A stretch of DNA of 64,000 bases from a virus (IMGVR_UViG_3300050821_006071:6632-70631), one strand, 5' to 3'; numbered from the stretch's first letter, positions 1-8,377 are shown. Numbers and translations are program-made. The notes: generated by a model not told the origin, from the letters alone.

Positions 1-284
1 GTATTAGGGACTGTGATTGCGGAAGAGGCCGCCAGAACAGCCGGGGTGGTAGTAAGAGATGTGCCTTGGGCGTTCATGTAGAACCCCCACACTACCGTGG
101 CGGTCGCCGCTGTTGTTATGATGTTGCCGCACGCAAAAAGTCGGATTCTCGTGCCGGACTGCCACATACCAGGCCAGATGACTGTCTGCTGTGAGGTTAT
201 GTCAGTAATAGCCGCTGCTACAGCCGGAGTAGCAGAGACAATACCCATCGGCGGAACGGGGCCTGACCATACAGTTGATGGCAT
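1..284 (-). CDS. Putative virion-associated beta-rich protein, runs off the window edge
   Basis: ATG at 284; frame open to position 1 (MPSTVWSGPVPPMGIVSATPAV...). Thr/Ala-rich like the neighbouring 321..851 gene. Confidence 0.6.
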   Translation of the reverse strand, partial: MPSTVWSGPVPPMGIVSATPAVAAAITDITSQQTVIWPGMWQSGTRIRLFACGNIITTAATATVVWGFYMNAQGTSLTTTPAVLAASSAITVPN

Positions 285-320
285 AGCTTTATGTCCAGGT
301 GATTGCGGTGACGGTTGCGC

Positions 321-851
321 TCACGCGGTAAGCGTCAATTGAGAAAGGCCAGAGCCGGACGGGGTTATCCCGAATGTTCCGGCTACCGTCGCGTACGATG
401 CGCCGAAGCACAACAGCAACAGCATGGGCTTGTTAACCGGCGCCGTGATGCCATGAGCGTAGACGATGCAGCCGTAGATTCCGGTTAGCGTGGTGCTCGC
501 CACCGAAAGCGGGTTGGTCCAGCTGTATTGCAGGTAGTACGGGCCGCTGCCGCCTTGCGCGAAGGTGGTCGTTACCGACGTCGCGCCTGCCGCTGCAACA
601 GACAACTGAACACCACCGGTCGCCCAACCGGTGCCGGTCACCTCGTTGGTGTTCACCCAAGCAATGGTGCTCGTGGCGCCTCCGGTGGCAAGCTCGGTGG
701 TGTAGTCGGTGCCGGTGATGCTGTGCAGAGACAGGTAGTTGGTCGAGTCCTGGCCAGTCGGCAGGATCGTCGCAGGCGAACCTGTCATGGCCGTGCCGGA
801 CATCATGTAAAGCAGTGACTGTGTATACCAGCCGGATTTGGTGAACGCCAT
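321..851 (-). CDS. Putative virion structural/minor tail-like protein
   Basis: 176 aa, T/G/S/A-rich; NEVTGTGWATGG and GTFGIT segments resemble small phage virion proteins. RBS AGGAA upstream. Confidence 0.55.
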   Translation of the reverse strand: MAFTKSGWYTQSLLYMMSGTAMTGSPATILPTGQDSTNYLSLHSITGTDYTTELATGGATSTIAWVNTNEVTGTGWATGGVQLSVAAAGATSVTTTFAQGGSGPYYLQYSWTNPLSVASTTLTGIYGCIVYAHGITAPVNKPMLLLLCFGASYATVAGTFGITPSGSGLSQLTLTA

Positions 852-852
852 G

Positions 853-1083
853 TCAGATTCCTATTGACAGCTCTTGAATGCAGGTTTTCGGGTGAATGTT
901 AACGTCCTGCCGATTTAGCGTCTCGGTGATCACCGTGCCAAATTCATCCGTGGTTTCCTTAGCGCGCTCACCCGTCTCGGGGTGGGCGATAGTCCGCACC
1001 TTGTCACGGGTACGGCCGCCCGGCATGAAGCCGATCGACCGCATACGGTCACGGAACTCCTCGGGAGTTTCGGTGTGTGCCAT
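853..1083 (-). CDS. Hypothetical phage protein
   Basis: 76-aa ORF abutting the next gene; CAGGA RBS. Confidence 0.65.
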   Translation of the reverse strand: MAHTETPEEFRDRMRSIGFMPGGRTRDKVRTIAHPETGERAKETTDEFGTVITETLNRQDVNIHPKTCIQELSIGI

Positions 1084-1218
1084 GGGTCATCTGTCCTGGT
1101 TTGTGTTGGTTTGCCCTGGCTTGTGGGGGCCGGGAAATTTCCACTTGAAATTCAAAATGGCGCGGCGTAGGCTTGCTGCCACACAAGCCCATCGGACACA
1201 AAGGGAAAGGAACGGCCA

Positions 1219-1494
1219 ATGACGGTTCTTGATCCGTGGCAGGCCTCAACATTGCTGTGGCAAGACGGGGACGCTGCTAAGACGGCGCTCTATGCCCTGA
1301 AGGGTGCCAGCGAGGGTGACACAATCGACTTCGGCCCGAGCGGCTCGGGCCACTTCAATGCCCTCACGCGCGCCGTGGTGGTCGGTAGCGACATCGGCAC
1401 GACAGCGGGCATCGAGGGCACTATTGTCACCGTGCCGCATGGCATGACGAACGACAGCAAGTACTACCTGTTTGCCATGGGCGACAGCATCTAG
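1219..1494 (+). CDS. Small beta-rich hypothetical protein, possibly virion-associated
   Basis: Strong RBS GGAAAGGAA; 91 aa; followed by a long hairpin at ~1520-1568. Confidence 0.65.
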   Translation: MTVLDPWQASTLLWQDGDAAKTALYALKGASEGDTIDFGPSGSGHFNALTRAVVVGSDIGTTAGIEGTIVTVPHGMTNDSKYYLFAMGDSI

Positions 1495-1598
1495 GCGGCA
1501 ACCGAACCTAGCCACCACAACGGCAGCGGTGTTCAGGGCCTTCAGGGGCCGACTGGCACCGCTGTCGTGTCTCTTGCGTTTCGAGGTAAGATGCGGGC

Positions 1599-1766
1599 AT
1601 GACCGAGCAGACCCCAGAAGATGAGGCCCCCGTGGTGGTTCACTGCGAGCGTTGCGGGCAACCAAAGGTGCCCGACTTCTCCAGCAGCAACAACATACCC
1701 GTGCTCTCGTGCCCGACGCACGGGCCGACGGTAATTCACAACCCGATGTCGGCAAAGGGGCGCTAG
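1599..1766 (+). CDS. Small Zn-ribbon protein (55 aa), probably leaderless
   Basis: MTEQTPEDEAPVVVHCERCGQ...LSCPTHGP (CxxC...CxxH). A TAAGAT -10-like hexamer lies 6 nt before the ATG. Below the ORF-track cutoff. Confidence 0.55.
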   Translation: MTEQTPEDEAPVVVHCERCGQPKVPDFSSSNNIPVLSCPTHGPTVIHNPMSAKGR

Positions 1767-1990
1767 CGCGGGTATCACCGCTGTCACGCTAGGAGTAGTC
1801 AGCGGCACTCGGCAGAGTGCCACGGTGCGCTGTGAGCGGCCTTATACGGGCTATCACCGCTCTGGGTTATCGCGGCTGCCACGCGTCCCGTGAAAGCCTT
1901 AACATTGCGTTCCGCTATTAAGGCTTACAAGTGCTCGGCTGCCCGGACATTGACCCAGCATTTAACCGTAGTGCTGCGCTTACGGCACCG
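1767..1990 (-). ncRNA. Candidate multi-stem structured RNA, family unknown
   Basis: Nested inverted repeats: 1823-1828/1985-1990, 1862-1867/1953-1958 and AAGCCTTAA/TTAAGGCTT. Directly downstream of tRNA-Gln; no credible ORF. Confidence 0.45.
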
Positions 1991-2003
1991 AACTTTTCTT
2001 TTG

Positions 2004-2074
2004 CTCCCGTTCATGGATTCGAACCACGATAGCGAGAACCAAGGTCTCGCGTCCTGCCTTTGGACGAAACGGGA
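2004..2074 (-). tRNA. tRNA-Gln(UUG) with C33; CCA not encoded
   Basis: Full cloverleaf: TCCCGTT/AACGGGA, D stem GTCC/GGAC, anticodon arm CGAGA-CCTTGGT-TCTCG, T arm CGTGG-TTCGAAT-CCATG, G73. Confidence 0.85.
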
Positions 2075-2134
2075 TGGGCTGCGCCATCGGTAGATGGCTA
2101 GCCAGAGCCTAGGCAATCCTTGCCGTAGGCGATG

Positions 2135-2201
2135 TGACGACACCGGGAATCGAACCACGGGGAAGCGAGCTTATGAGGCTCGCACCGTGCCTACTGCCGT
2201 C
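2135..2201 (-). tRNA. Atypical tRNA(CAU) (Met/Ile2-like) lacking a D stem
   Basis: Acceptor GACGGCA/TGTCGTC+A, perfect GCGAGC-CTCATAA-GCTCGC arm, T loop GGTTCGATTCC with one bulged base in the stem. Only ~11 nt where the D arm should be. Confidence 0.65.
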
Positions 2202-2203
2202 AA

Positions 2204-2285
2204 ACCCCGCAATGCATAGCCATGATCTAGTCGTGCCATCGTTAGGCTATCGCCGCTGAATAGCGGTTACGACTCATTGCGGGTT
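2204..2285 (-). ncRNA. Candidate compact pseudoknotted RNA
   Basis: Closing stem CCCGCAATG/CATTGCGGG; inner AGTCGT/ACGACT crossed by ATAGCC/GGCTAT; hairpin CCGCT/AGCGG. Confidence 0.4.
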
Positions 2286-2643
2286 AAGGGGATTCACAGC
2301 CTCACTTGTATGCCGCTGGGCTGTGTCAGCGGCCCTTGCAGGTCTATGCGGAGGGGCCGACGGCGGCAGCGCCGTCTAGGCCCGAGGTCAGCCCGAAGCC
2401 CCTCCGGGGCTGGAATCGGCTGGTAAGCCGGCGGAATGCGCATCGCTCGCTGAAGCTCGCTCTGCACTCAAGTGGCGAAGCCACCCCTTCTATGGGCAAC
2501 GCTAAGGCGTTGCCCCACGGGGTGTTCGCTCCATAAGCGCTCTCACGCAACGCCACCGCAACGGGCGGTGGCTCTAGCGTGTTCGCATTCCGCTCACACT
2601 TATAAGACTCACAAGAATTCGGCCAAGTAGGCCAAAATAGCCG

Positions 2644-2659
2644 TGTGACTTACGTCACA
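2644..2659. promoter_or_regulatory. CRP/GlxR-type palindromic site
   Basis: TGTGA-CTTACG-TCACA is an exact TGTGA-N6-TCACA match, in the divergent intergenic region. Confidence 0.55.
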
Positions 2660-2767
2660 TATACCCTACCTATCCGGTCGTAACGGTCGCGTACCCCCCT
2701 CCTCTTTATGCTGGCAACCGCAAGGGCAACGGAAGGCACAGCGACATGAGCAGGGAAAACAGGCACA

Positions 2768-3472
2768 ATGGAAAATTCCTCGACCGAAGTTGGCCTACCT
2801 CCGGAAAATCCTGTGAGTCTTACAGATGTCAGCGCTTCACAGACCGAGCACCCCGAGGATGCCCCCACGATGAACGAACGCAAGGCCCGGCGAGTGCTCA
2901 ACCGATTCAGCCGGCAGATAGACCACGCGGCAAGGGTTGCGGTGGACAGGTTCTCCCCCAAGGTGGAAACCGACGACGCCAAGCAAGAGGCGTCCCTGCT
3001 GGTCTTGTCATACGCGGGGTTGGTGCAGGGAAGGCTTAGCGGCCAACTCGACCGCTGGACGAAGTTCGCCGGCGGGGACGAGCGGAGGATACGCGGGTTC
3101 CTCGGCAAGCAATTGATGCTGGACGTGCAACAGGTGTTCGGACGCCAGCTAGAGCATGATGTCACTGGGGTTTCCCTCGAAAACCTGCCGCCATCGCGGG
3201 AACCAAGCTGCTCCCCCGAGGACGGTTGGATAGCGCGGATAGACCAGGAGCGGTACGTCCGCAAGGAATACCCCTACCTGGCCATGCTGGCGCTAGACGA
3301 GATGACCGAGGCCGAGATGTCCGCAGAGACAGGCGTGCCCGATCGGACGATCAGGCGCCGGCTTGCTGAAGAGCGGCGTAGGGCACAGCATGACCCGTAC
3401 TTCGTCCAGACCCGAGACGAGTTCCATTGGGTGCCGTGCCGAGACGACACGGCTTACAGTCAGGCGGCTTAG
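2768..3472 (+). CDS. Phage sigma-factor-like transcription regulator
   Basis: Region-2-like DDAKQEA segment and C-terminal region-4-like HTH (MTEAEMSAETGVPDRTIRRRL). First gene of the replication operon. Confidence 0.6.
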   Translation: MENSSTEVGLPPENPVSLTDVSASQTEHPEDAPTMNERKARRVLNRFSRQIDHAARVAVDRFSPKVETDDAKQEASLLVLSYAGLVQGRLSGQLDRWTKFAGGDERRIRGFLGKQLMLDVQQVFGRQLEHDVTGVSLENLPPSREPSCSPEDGWIARIDQERYVRKEYPYLAMLALDEMTEAEMSAETGVPDRTIRRRLAEERRRAQHDPYFVQTRDEFHWVPCRDDTAYSQAA

Positions 3473-3474
3473 CC

Positions 3475-3780
3475 ATGATCCACACCGGACAACCCGAGAT
3501 GGTCCTTTGCGCCGGACTAGCGCAATCCCTCGATGACAAAGGGGACACCGTTCTGAGCACGTGCGGCCAGCCGTTCGTGAAGGGAAGCGGGGTGGAAGCG
3601 TGCTGCTCGCTTTCCTGCTGGCTAGAGGCCAGTGAACGAAGGATAGCCACCGAGGTAGCGGCATGGGATGACGTGTTCGGGTACGTGTTCGGGCACGGTG
3701 GAGATGACCCGCGCCGCACGCATCCGAAACTGTACGCCTACAAAGGCTGGAAAGCGCTCGATAGGGAGACAACCCCGTGA
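3475..3780 (+). CDS. Hypothetical protein with Cys cluster
   Basis: ATG 2 nt after the previous stop; TCGQPF...CCSLSC. Confidence 0.5.
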   Translation: MIHTGQPEMVLCAGLAQSLDDKGDTVLSTCGQPFVKGSGVEACCSLSCWLEASERRIATEVAAWDDVFGYVFGHGGDDPRRTHPKLYAYKGWKALDRETTP

Positions 3781-4113
3781 AGTACATCACGATCAGCGGC
3801 GAATGGCTTAACTCTTTCCCGAAGCTAGAGCGTCCCGTCCGGCTACGGCAGGTCTTCGACCTGGCCGAGCAACATCACTGGACCATCCGAGTATCAGGCC
3901 AGCACTGGTCATGAGTTCCGCCACGATATTCCTCACTCGCGATTGCCTCGAATCGCTGACAGGCCTTCTGGTAGCGCTGGTGCCGCTCAAGGAACGCGGC
4001 ATCATCATCTGGTCAGCTCAAGTCGAGGTTGAGGGGCTGGATTGTGCCAAGGCGGCTGTTGCCTACAGTGAGTCCTTTGATGACTTCGTGGTCAGCCTGG
4101 AAAGCGTGTAGCC

Positions 4114-4473
4114 ATGGCTGTTGTCCATTACGACGACGGTTCCGACACGTACCGCGTGCGGACGGTAAACCTGGAGTCCGGCAGCGCGTATGACACGGAC
4201 GAGCCTGCCGACCCCAACGAGGTGGCGGCAGAGAGGGAACTGCGGTCTAAGTACCCGCTGCTCTGCGAGCGGTTCCTGGACGGCTACAGCGAAAGCCAGG
4301 TGGCCCGAGGGCACGGGGCCACCGTGGCGCGGATACGCCAGATGGTGGCCGTAGAGCTGTACAACGCCCAACTAGACCCTCACACGAAGAGCGGCCTCGG
4401 CCACGCACTGGTGACGATGCCCGCCACCTGCCGCCAGGTACGCGACGTGTGCCAGTCCCGGCCGGTGTTATAA
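4114..4473 (+). CDS. HTH DNA-binding protein (sigma region-4-like)
   Basis: RFLDGYSESQVARGHGATVARIRQMV; KYPLL segment resembles EYPYL in 2768..3472. Confidence 0.55.
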   Translation: MAVVHYDDGSDTYRVRTVNLESGSAYDTDEPADPNEVAAERELRSKYPLLCERFLDGYSESQVARGHGATVARIRQMVAVELYNAQLDPHTKSGLGHALVTMPATCRQVRDVCQSRPVL

Positions 4474-4629
4474 GCCCATGCTAGATGAGAGCAGGAATCG
4501 CAAGATCGAGGCACGCGCGTCGCGTTGGCTTGATGATGGCATTAACTGGTCACGGTGGGAGCGAGAAATGCGCGGCCGAGCGGTCAAGGCTCGGGCAGCC
4601 GACCGAATTCTCTACGTCCTTTATCGGCT

Positions 4630-5004
4630 ATGGGCATGGCTCTAGCAATTTCCCCGCACGACCACTTCGTGTTCACGTGCGGTGCCTGCCACCAACTTGC
4701 GTTCGCGATTCATGAGGCCACGGGGTGGCCGGTGTGCGCGTTCTGGGGTGTGTACAAGGGCAAGTATGACTATGACGTTCACGCCTTCGTCAGGACGCCT
4801 CGGGGCACGTTCCTTGACATAGACGGCGAGCACACCCGCTACGGCATGTGCAAGAAATGGCACTCGCGGCACATTCACACAGTCAGGGATGTTACCACGT
4901 TCATGGCCGAGTGGGACTCGGATTGCTGGTGCAGTGCATACGACAGAGCAAGAGAGCTTGTACCCACGGTACTCGCGTTTTACGAGGAAGGCACGCAGCG
5001 ATGA
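4630..5004 (+). CDS. Hypothetical phage protein (C/H/D motif)
   Basis: FTCGACHQLAFAIH...HAFV...FLDIDG; stop overlaps the next ATG. Confidence 0.6.
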   Translation: MGMALAISPHDHFVFTCGACHQLAFAIHEATGWPVCAFWGVYKGKYDYDVHAFVRTPRGTFLDIDGEHTRYGMCKKWHSRHIHTVRDVTTFMAEWDSDCWCSAYDRARELVPTVLAFYEEGTQR

Positions 5005-5477
5005 TTTACGGCGATGGCACGTTCGACGATCTCGCCCGAGTGGTAGACCTCACCGTGGATAAACTCAAAAAGCACGCACATGAATTTGACACGATCGTAG
5101 TCTGTGGCCTGAGCGGCGTTGTGGTCGGCTCGCCGGTAGCGCTGAGGCTTTGCAAGCCGCTGGTCATCATCCGCAAAGCGGATGACACGAACATTCACCA
5201 TTGCGGCGGGCAGATCGTCAACCCATACCGCTTGGAGAGGTCGAGGCGGTACCTGATACTTGATGACTTCATCTCATCGGGCCGCACGGTGAAATACATT
5301 CACGATCGGGTTACCCTTGCGCTTAAGCATGCCCTTGACGGGCAGCCCAAGTGCGTCGGGGCATGCCTTTACGAGGAGCTTTGCCAGGATTCTGACGCGA
5401 TCAGGGATGTTTCAACCTTGTGCTTGCCACCGCTGCCGCAACCAAAGCTGGCTCAGAGTGCAATACCTTGGTGGTAA
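5001..5477 (+). CDS. Type I phosphoribosyltransferase
   Basis: PRPP-binding motif YLILDDFISSGRT, plus KPLVIIRK and VVCGLSG. Confidence 0.8.
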   Translation: MIYGDGTFDDLARVVDLTVDKLKKHAHEFDTIVVCGLSGVVVGSPVALRLCKPLVIIRKADDTNIHHCGGQIVNPYRLERSRRYLILDDFISSGRTVKYIHDRVTLALKHALDGQPKCVGACLYEELCQDSDAIRDVSTLCLPPLPQPKLAQSAIPWW

Positions 5478-5569
5478 GGATTCGATTGCCTGCTCATCGA
5501 GCAAGAGCAAAACTATATGCCGCATATCGCTCAGCGCATGGAGAAATACACGGAGTCAGGTGAAGCGGC

Positions 5570-7300
5570 ATGAGCGTTGTCACGTTTGACCTAGAGGCGG
5601 CCGACGCTGACCAGTTGTTCACCTATGGCCCCGAGTTCGTCAGGCTCTGCGGCAGTGACGCCATGGGCGAGGTGGAGCTGACCACCAACCCCTATGAACT
5701 GGTCAAGATCCTCGATGACGCGGCATACGTCACAGGCCATAACATCATGGGGTTTGACCTCTTGGCGCTGGCCTACTACTACGGGGCCGACTGGGAATCA
5801 CTGGCGGCCAAGAGCATAGACACGCTGCTGTTGGCCCGGCTCGACTACCCGCCCGAGTCACGCGATACGGGCGGCAGCGTAGACCGCTACGACTTGGATC
5901 ACGTGGCGGAACGCCTCGGGGTAGCGGGCAAGACAGACAGCATCAAGGAACTCGCACTCAAGCACGGCGGGTACGACAAAATTCCCGTGGATGATCCTGA
6001 GTACCGCGCGTACCTCATGGGAGACGTTCGGGCTAGCAGAGAGGTGTTCAAGGCCCTGCACTCGGCTTGGACACCGTACGCGCAGCGAGAGCACAAGGTT
6101 CAGACCATCTTCGGCAGGATGAGCCTTAACGGCTTTTTGGTTGACGTTCCGCTACTCGGCCAGCGGCTGGCCGATGGTGAGGCTCACAAGCATGAGGCCC
6201 TGGAGATCCTGCGAGACGACTACGATTTGCCGCTCGGCCGCTTTGTGTGGAAGGGCAGAGGGGACGCCAAAGAGGAGCACTGGGAGGATTTCACCAACCC
6301 GCTGTCATCCCTCGAAGGCCGGCAATGGCTCATAGACGTCTATGATGCCTACGGCATCAACAACCCTCCCGTCACGGATAAGGGCAGGCTCGCCACTAGC
6401 GCTGAGTCGCTGAAGTCAATTGCAGAGAATGAGGCCAACCACCCCGACCTGCGCAGGATCATGGAACTGATGTCGATCGTCACTACCACGCGTACGGTTT
6501 ACCAGACCGTTGAGGGGTGCCTGACCGATGACGGCCGCGTGCATCCTCTCATCAACATGGGCCAGGCCTCGGGCCGATCGAGCGTCACCAACCCTGGCCT
6601 AACGGTGTTCGGCAAGCGTGGCGGCCGATGGCGTGAGCGAGAGATCTTCGTGCCCGAGGAAGGGCATGTGATCCTGTCTTGCGACATGAGCCAACTCGAC
6701 ATGCGGGCGATAGCTGCACTCAGCCAGGACCCTGCCTATATCGAGATGTGCCAGCAAGGCAAAGACCTGCACACGGAGATTGCAATTGCGGTCACGGGTG
6801 ACCCGAGCATGCGCAACGCGTGCAAGCCAATCGGCCATGGCTACAACTACGGGCTGGGCAAAAACAAGATGATCTCGGAGGGCTTTGACGCTGACTTGGT
6901 CAAGCTCTTCTTCGAGATGATGCCGAGGCGGTTCCCGCGCGTGCGGGAATGGCAGGAAGACACACGGCACATAGGCGCATCGGGTCAGCTACTAGACAAC
7001 GGGTGGGGCCGAAAGATGCGCTGTGACCCTCAGCGCGCTTATACACAGGCGCCGGCCCTGATGGGCCAAGGCTGCGCGGCCGACATCATGAAAGAGGCAT
7101 TGCTGCGCATGCCGTCGGACCTTAGGCCTTACTACCGCATGTTCATGCATGACGAAGGCGTGTGGTCGGTGCCAGCAAAGGACGCTGACGAGATTGGGCG
7201 CGCGATACAGGAAGCGATGACGTTTGAATGGCGTGGCGTGCCGATGCTCTGTGAGCTGAGCAAGCCGGGCGAGAATTGGGGTCAAGTGAGTGCGAAATGA
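5570..7300 (+). CDS. polA: Family A DNA polymerase with 3'-5' exonuclease
   Basis: ExoI FDLE, ExoII GHNIMGFD, ExoIII YLMGD; motif A DMSQLDMR, motif B RNACKPIGHGYNYG, motif C HDE. Confidence 0.95.
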   Translation: MSVVTFDLEAADADQLFTYGPEFVRLCGSDAMGEVELTTNPYELVKILDDAAYVTGHNIMGFDLLALAYYYGADWESLAAKSIDTLLLARLDYPPESRDTGGSVDRYDLDHVAERLGVAGKTDSIKELALKHGGYDKIPVDDPEYRAYLMGDVRASREVFKALHSAWTPYAQREHKVQTIFGRMSLNGFLVDVPLLGQRLADGEAHKHEALEILRDDYDLPLGRFVWKGRGDAKEEHWEDFTNPLSSLEGRQWLIDVYDAYGINNPPVTDKGRLATSAESLKSIAENEANHPDLRRIMELMSIVTTTRTVYQTVEGCLTDDGRVHPLINMGQASGRSSVTNPGLTVFGKRGGRWREREIFVPEEGHVILSCDMSQLDMRAIAALSQDPAYIEMCQQGKDLHTEIAIAVTGDPSMRNACKPIGHGYNYGLGKNKMISEGFDADLVKLFFEMMPRRFPRVREWQEDTRHIGASGQLLDNGWGRKMRCDPQRAYTQAPALMGQGCAADIMKEALLRMPSDLRPYYRMFMHDEGVWSVPAKDADEIGRAIQEAMTFEWRGVPMLCELSKPGENWGQVSAK

Positions 7301-7427
7301 AACATGACATCTTCGCCTTCCACATTTTCTGTGGTTGCATGAATCAGGGCTGCCAGGAACACCGAAGGTGCATGATCTGCAAGCAATGGAACCCAGACCC
7401 CATGTCCGATTGTCCGGGGCCGCTGAA

Positions 7428-7660
7428 ATGAGCGTGCCTATGAGACTTGATGACCCGTGCTATTGGATGCTCTCTGACGACTTCACGACAACCCCAGTGG
7501 TTTTCCATAAGGGTTGCTATATATATGCGAAGACCCTGAGTTCGCGCAAATGGGCCTGCCGCTCTGCCGCAAGTGCATTAAGTGCGGCGGCCACGTTGCG
7601 GCCGACGATGACGCTTGCGACGATTGCGGGCATGTAGAGACCCCCGAGGATTATCTATGA
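7428..7660 (+). pseudogene. Cys-rich Zn-finger gene frameshifted in a TA run
   Basis: Removing one TA from TATATATAT (7518-7526) gives ...GCYICEDPEFAQMGLPLCRKCIKCGGHVAADDDACDDCGH..., with ATGA overlaps at both ends. Confidence 0.6.
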
Positions 7661-8376
7661 GCAAGCCTCTGCTGTTGGACTTGTTTTGCGGGGCCGGCGG
7701 GGCTTCAATGGGCTACTACCACGCGGGGTTTGATGTTGTGGGAGTAGACATCAAGCCTATGCCTCGGTACCCCTTTGCCTTTATCAAGTCCGATGCCTTG
7801 GAGTTCCTAGACTACTTCCTTGCGCAAAGGCAAGAGCATGGCGAGAGTGCTCTACTGGATAAGGTGGTGGCCATACACGCTAGCCCACCATGCCAGCAAT
7901 GGTCCGTGATGAGCCGTTGCCGTCCGGGGCTGGCCGCTACCTACCCGGCACTGATCGAGCCGACTTGCGAGAGGCTGCAAGCCCTCGGCTTGCCCTACGT
8001 CATCGAGAATGTACCCAAGGCACCGCTAAACAACCCAACGGTTCTGTGCGGTAGTCAGTTTAACCTGACCTCGGCATGGAAGGGCGACAGAGTTGGGCTA
8101 CGGCGACACAGAGGCTTTGAGGCTAGCTTCTGCCTACCTGATCCGGGGCCATGCGACCACACTTACCGGTTTGCTACTGTTGCCGGCCACGGTAGGAGGA
8201 ACGTGCCCTATTGGAGTGGCAAAGGGTATGCGCAGCTAGCGCGTGATTTGATGGGCATTCAATGGATGAGCCGTGATGAACTCGATGAGGCCATACCGCC
8301 CGCATACACGCGGTATGTTGGTGGCCATCTCATGGCGCACCTACGCGATAGAGCACAACTGAGGTTGGCCGCATGA
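7657..8376 (+). CDS. DNA cytosine-5 methyltransferase
   Basis: Motif I DLFCGAGG, motif IV HASPPCQ, motif VI IENV. Confidence 0.9.
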   Translation: MSKPLLLDLFCGAGGASMGYYHAGFDVVGVDIKPMPRYPFAFIKSDALEFLDYFLAQRQEHGESALLDKVVAIHASPPCQQWSVMSRCRPGLAATYPALIEPTCERLQALGLPYVIENVPKAPLNNPTVLCGSQFNLTSAWKGDRVGLRRHRGFEASFCLPDPGPCDHTYRFATVAGHGRRNVPYWSGKGYAQLARDLMGIQWMSRDELDEAIPPAYTRYVGGHLMAHLRDRAQLRLAA

Positions 8377-8377
8377 C

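Noticed and set aside
1110-1200. GGCTTGTG/CACAAGCC stem with GTCCGATGG resembling a Y RNA
   Set aside because: The partner strand for the bulged-C helix is missing and no Ro/TROVE gene is in the window; treated as an intergenic hairpin.
1773-1861. TATCACCGC twice, identical to the lambda operator half-site
   Set aside because: The copies are direct repeats 79 bp apart rather than a 17-bp dyad, and no CI/Cro pair is nearby.
1980-2003. Theta (HDV-like) ribozyme at the tRNA 3' end
   Set aside because: The trailer is A-rich and no P1/P1.1/P3 nested double pseudoknot could be built.
5001-5477. PRTase as part of an NAD reconstitution (NARP) anti-defence pathway
   Set aside because: It is a single short PRT domain, with no PRPP-synthetase-like or nicotinamide-transferase partner in the window.
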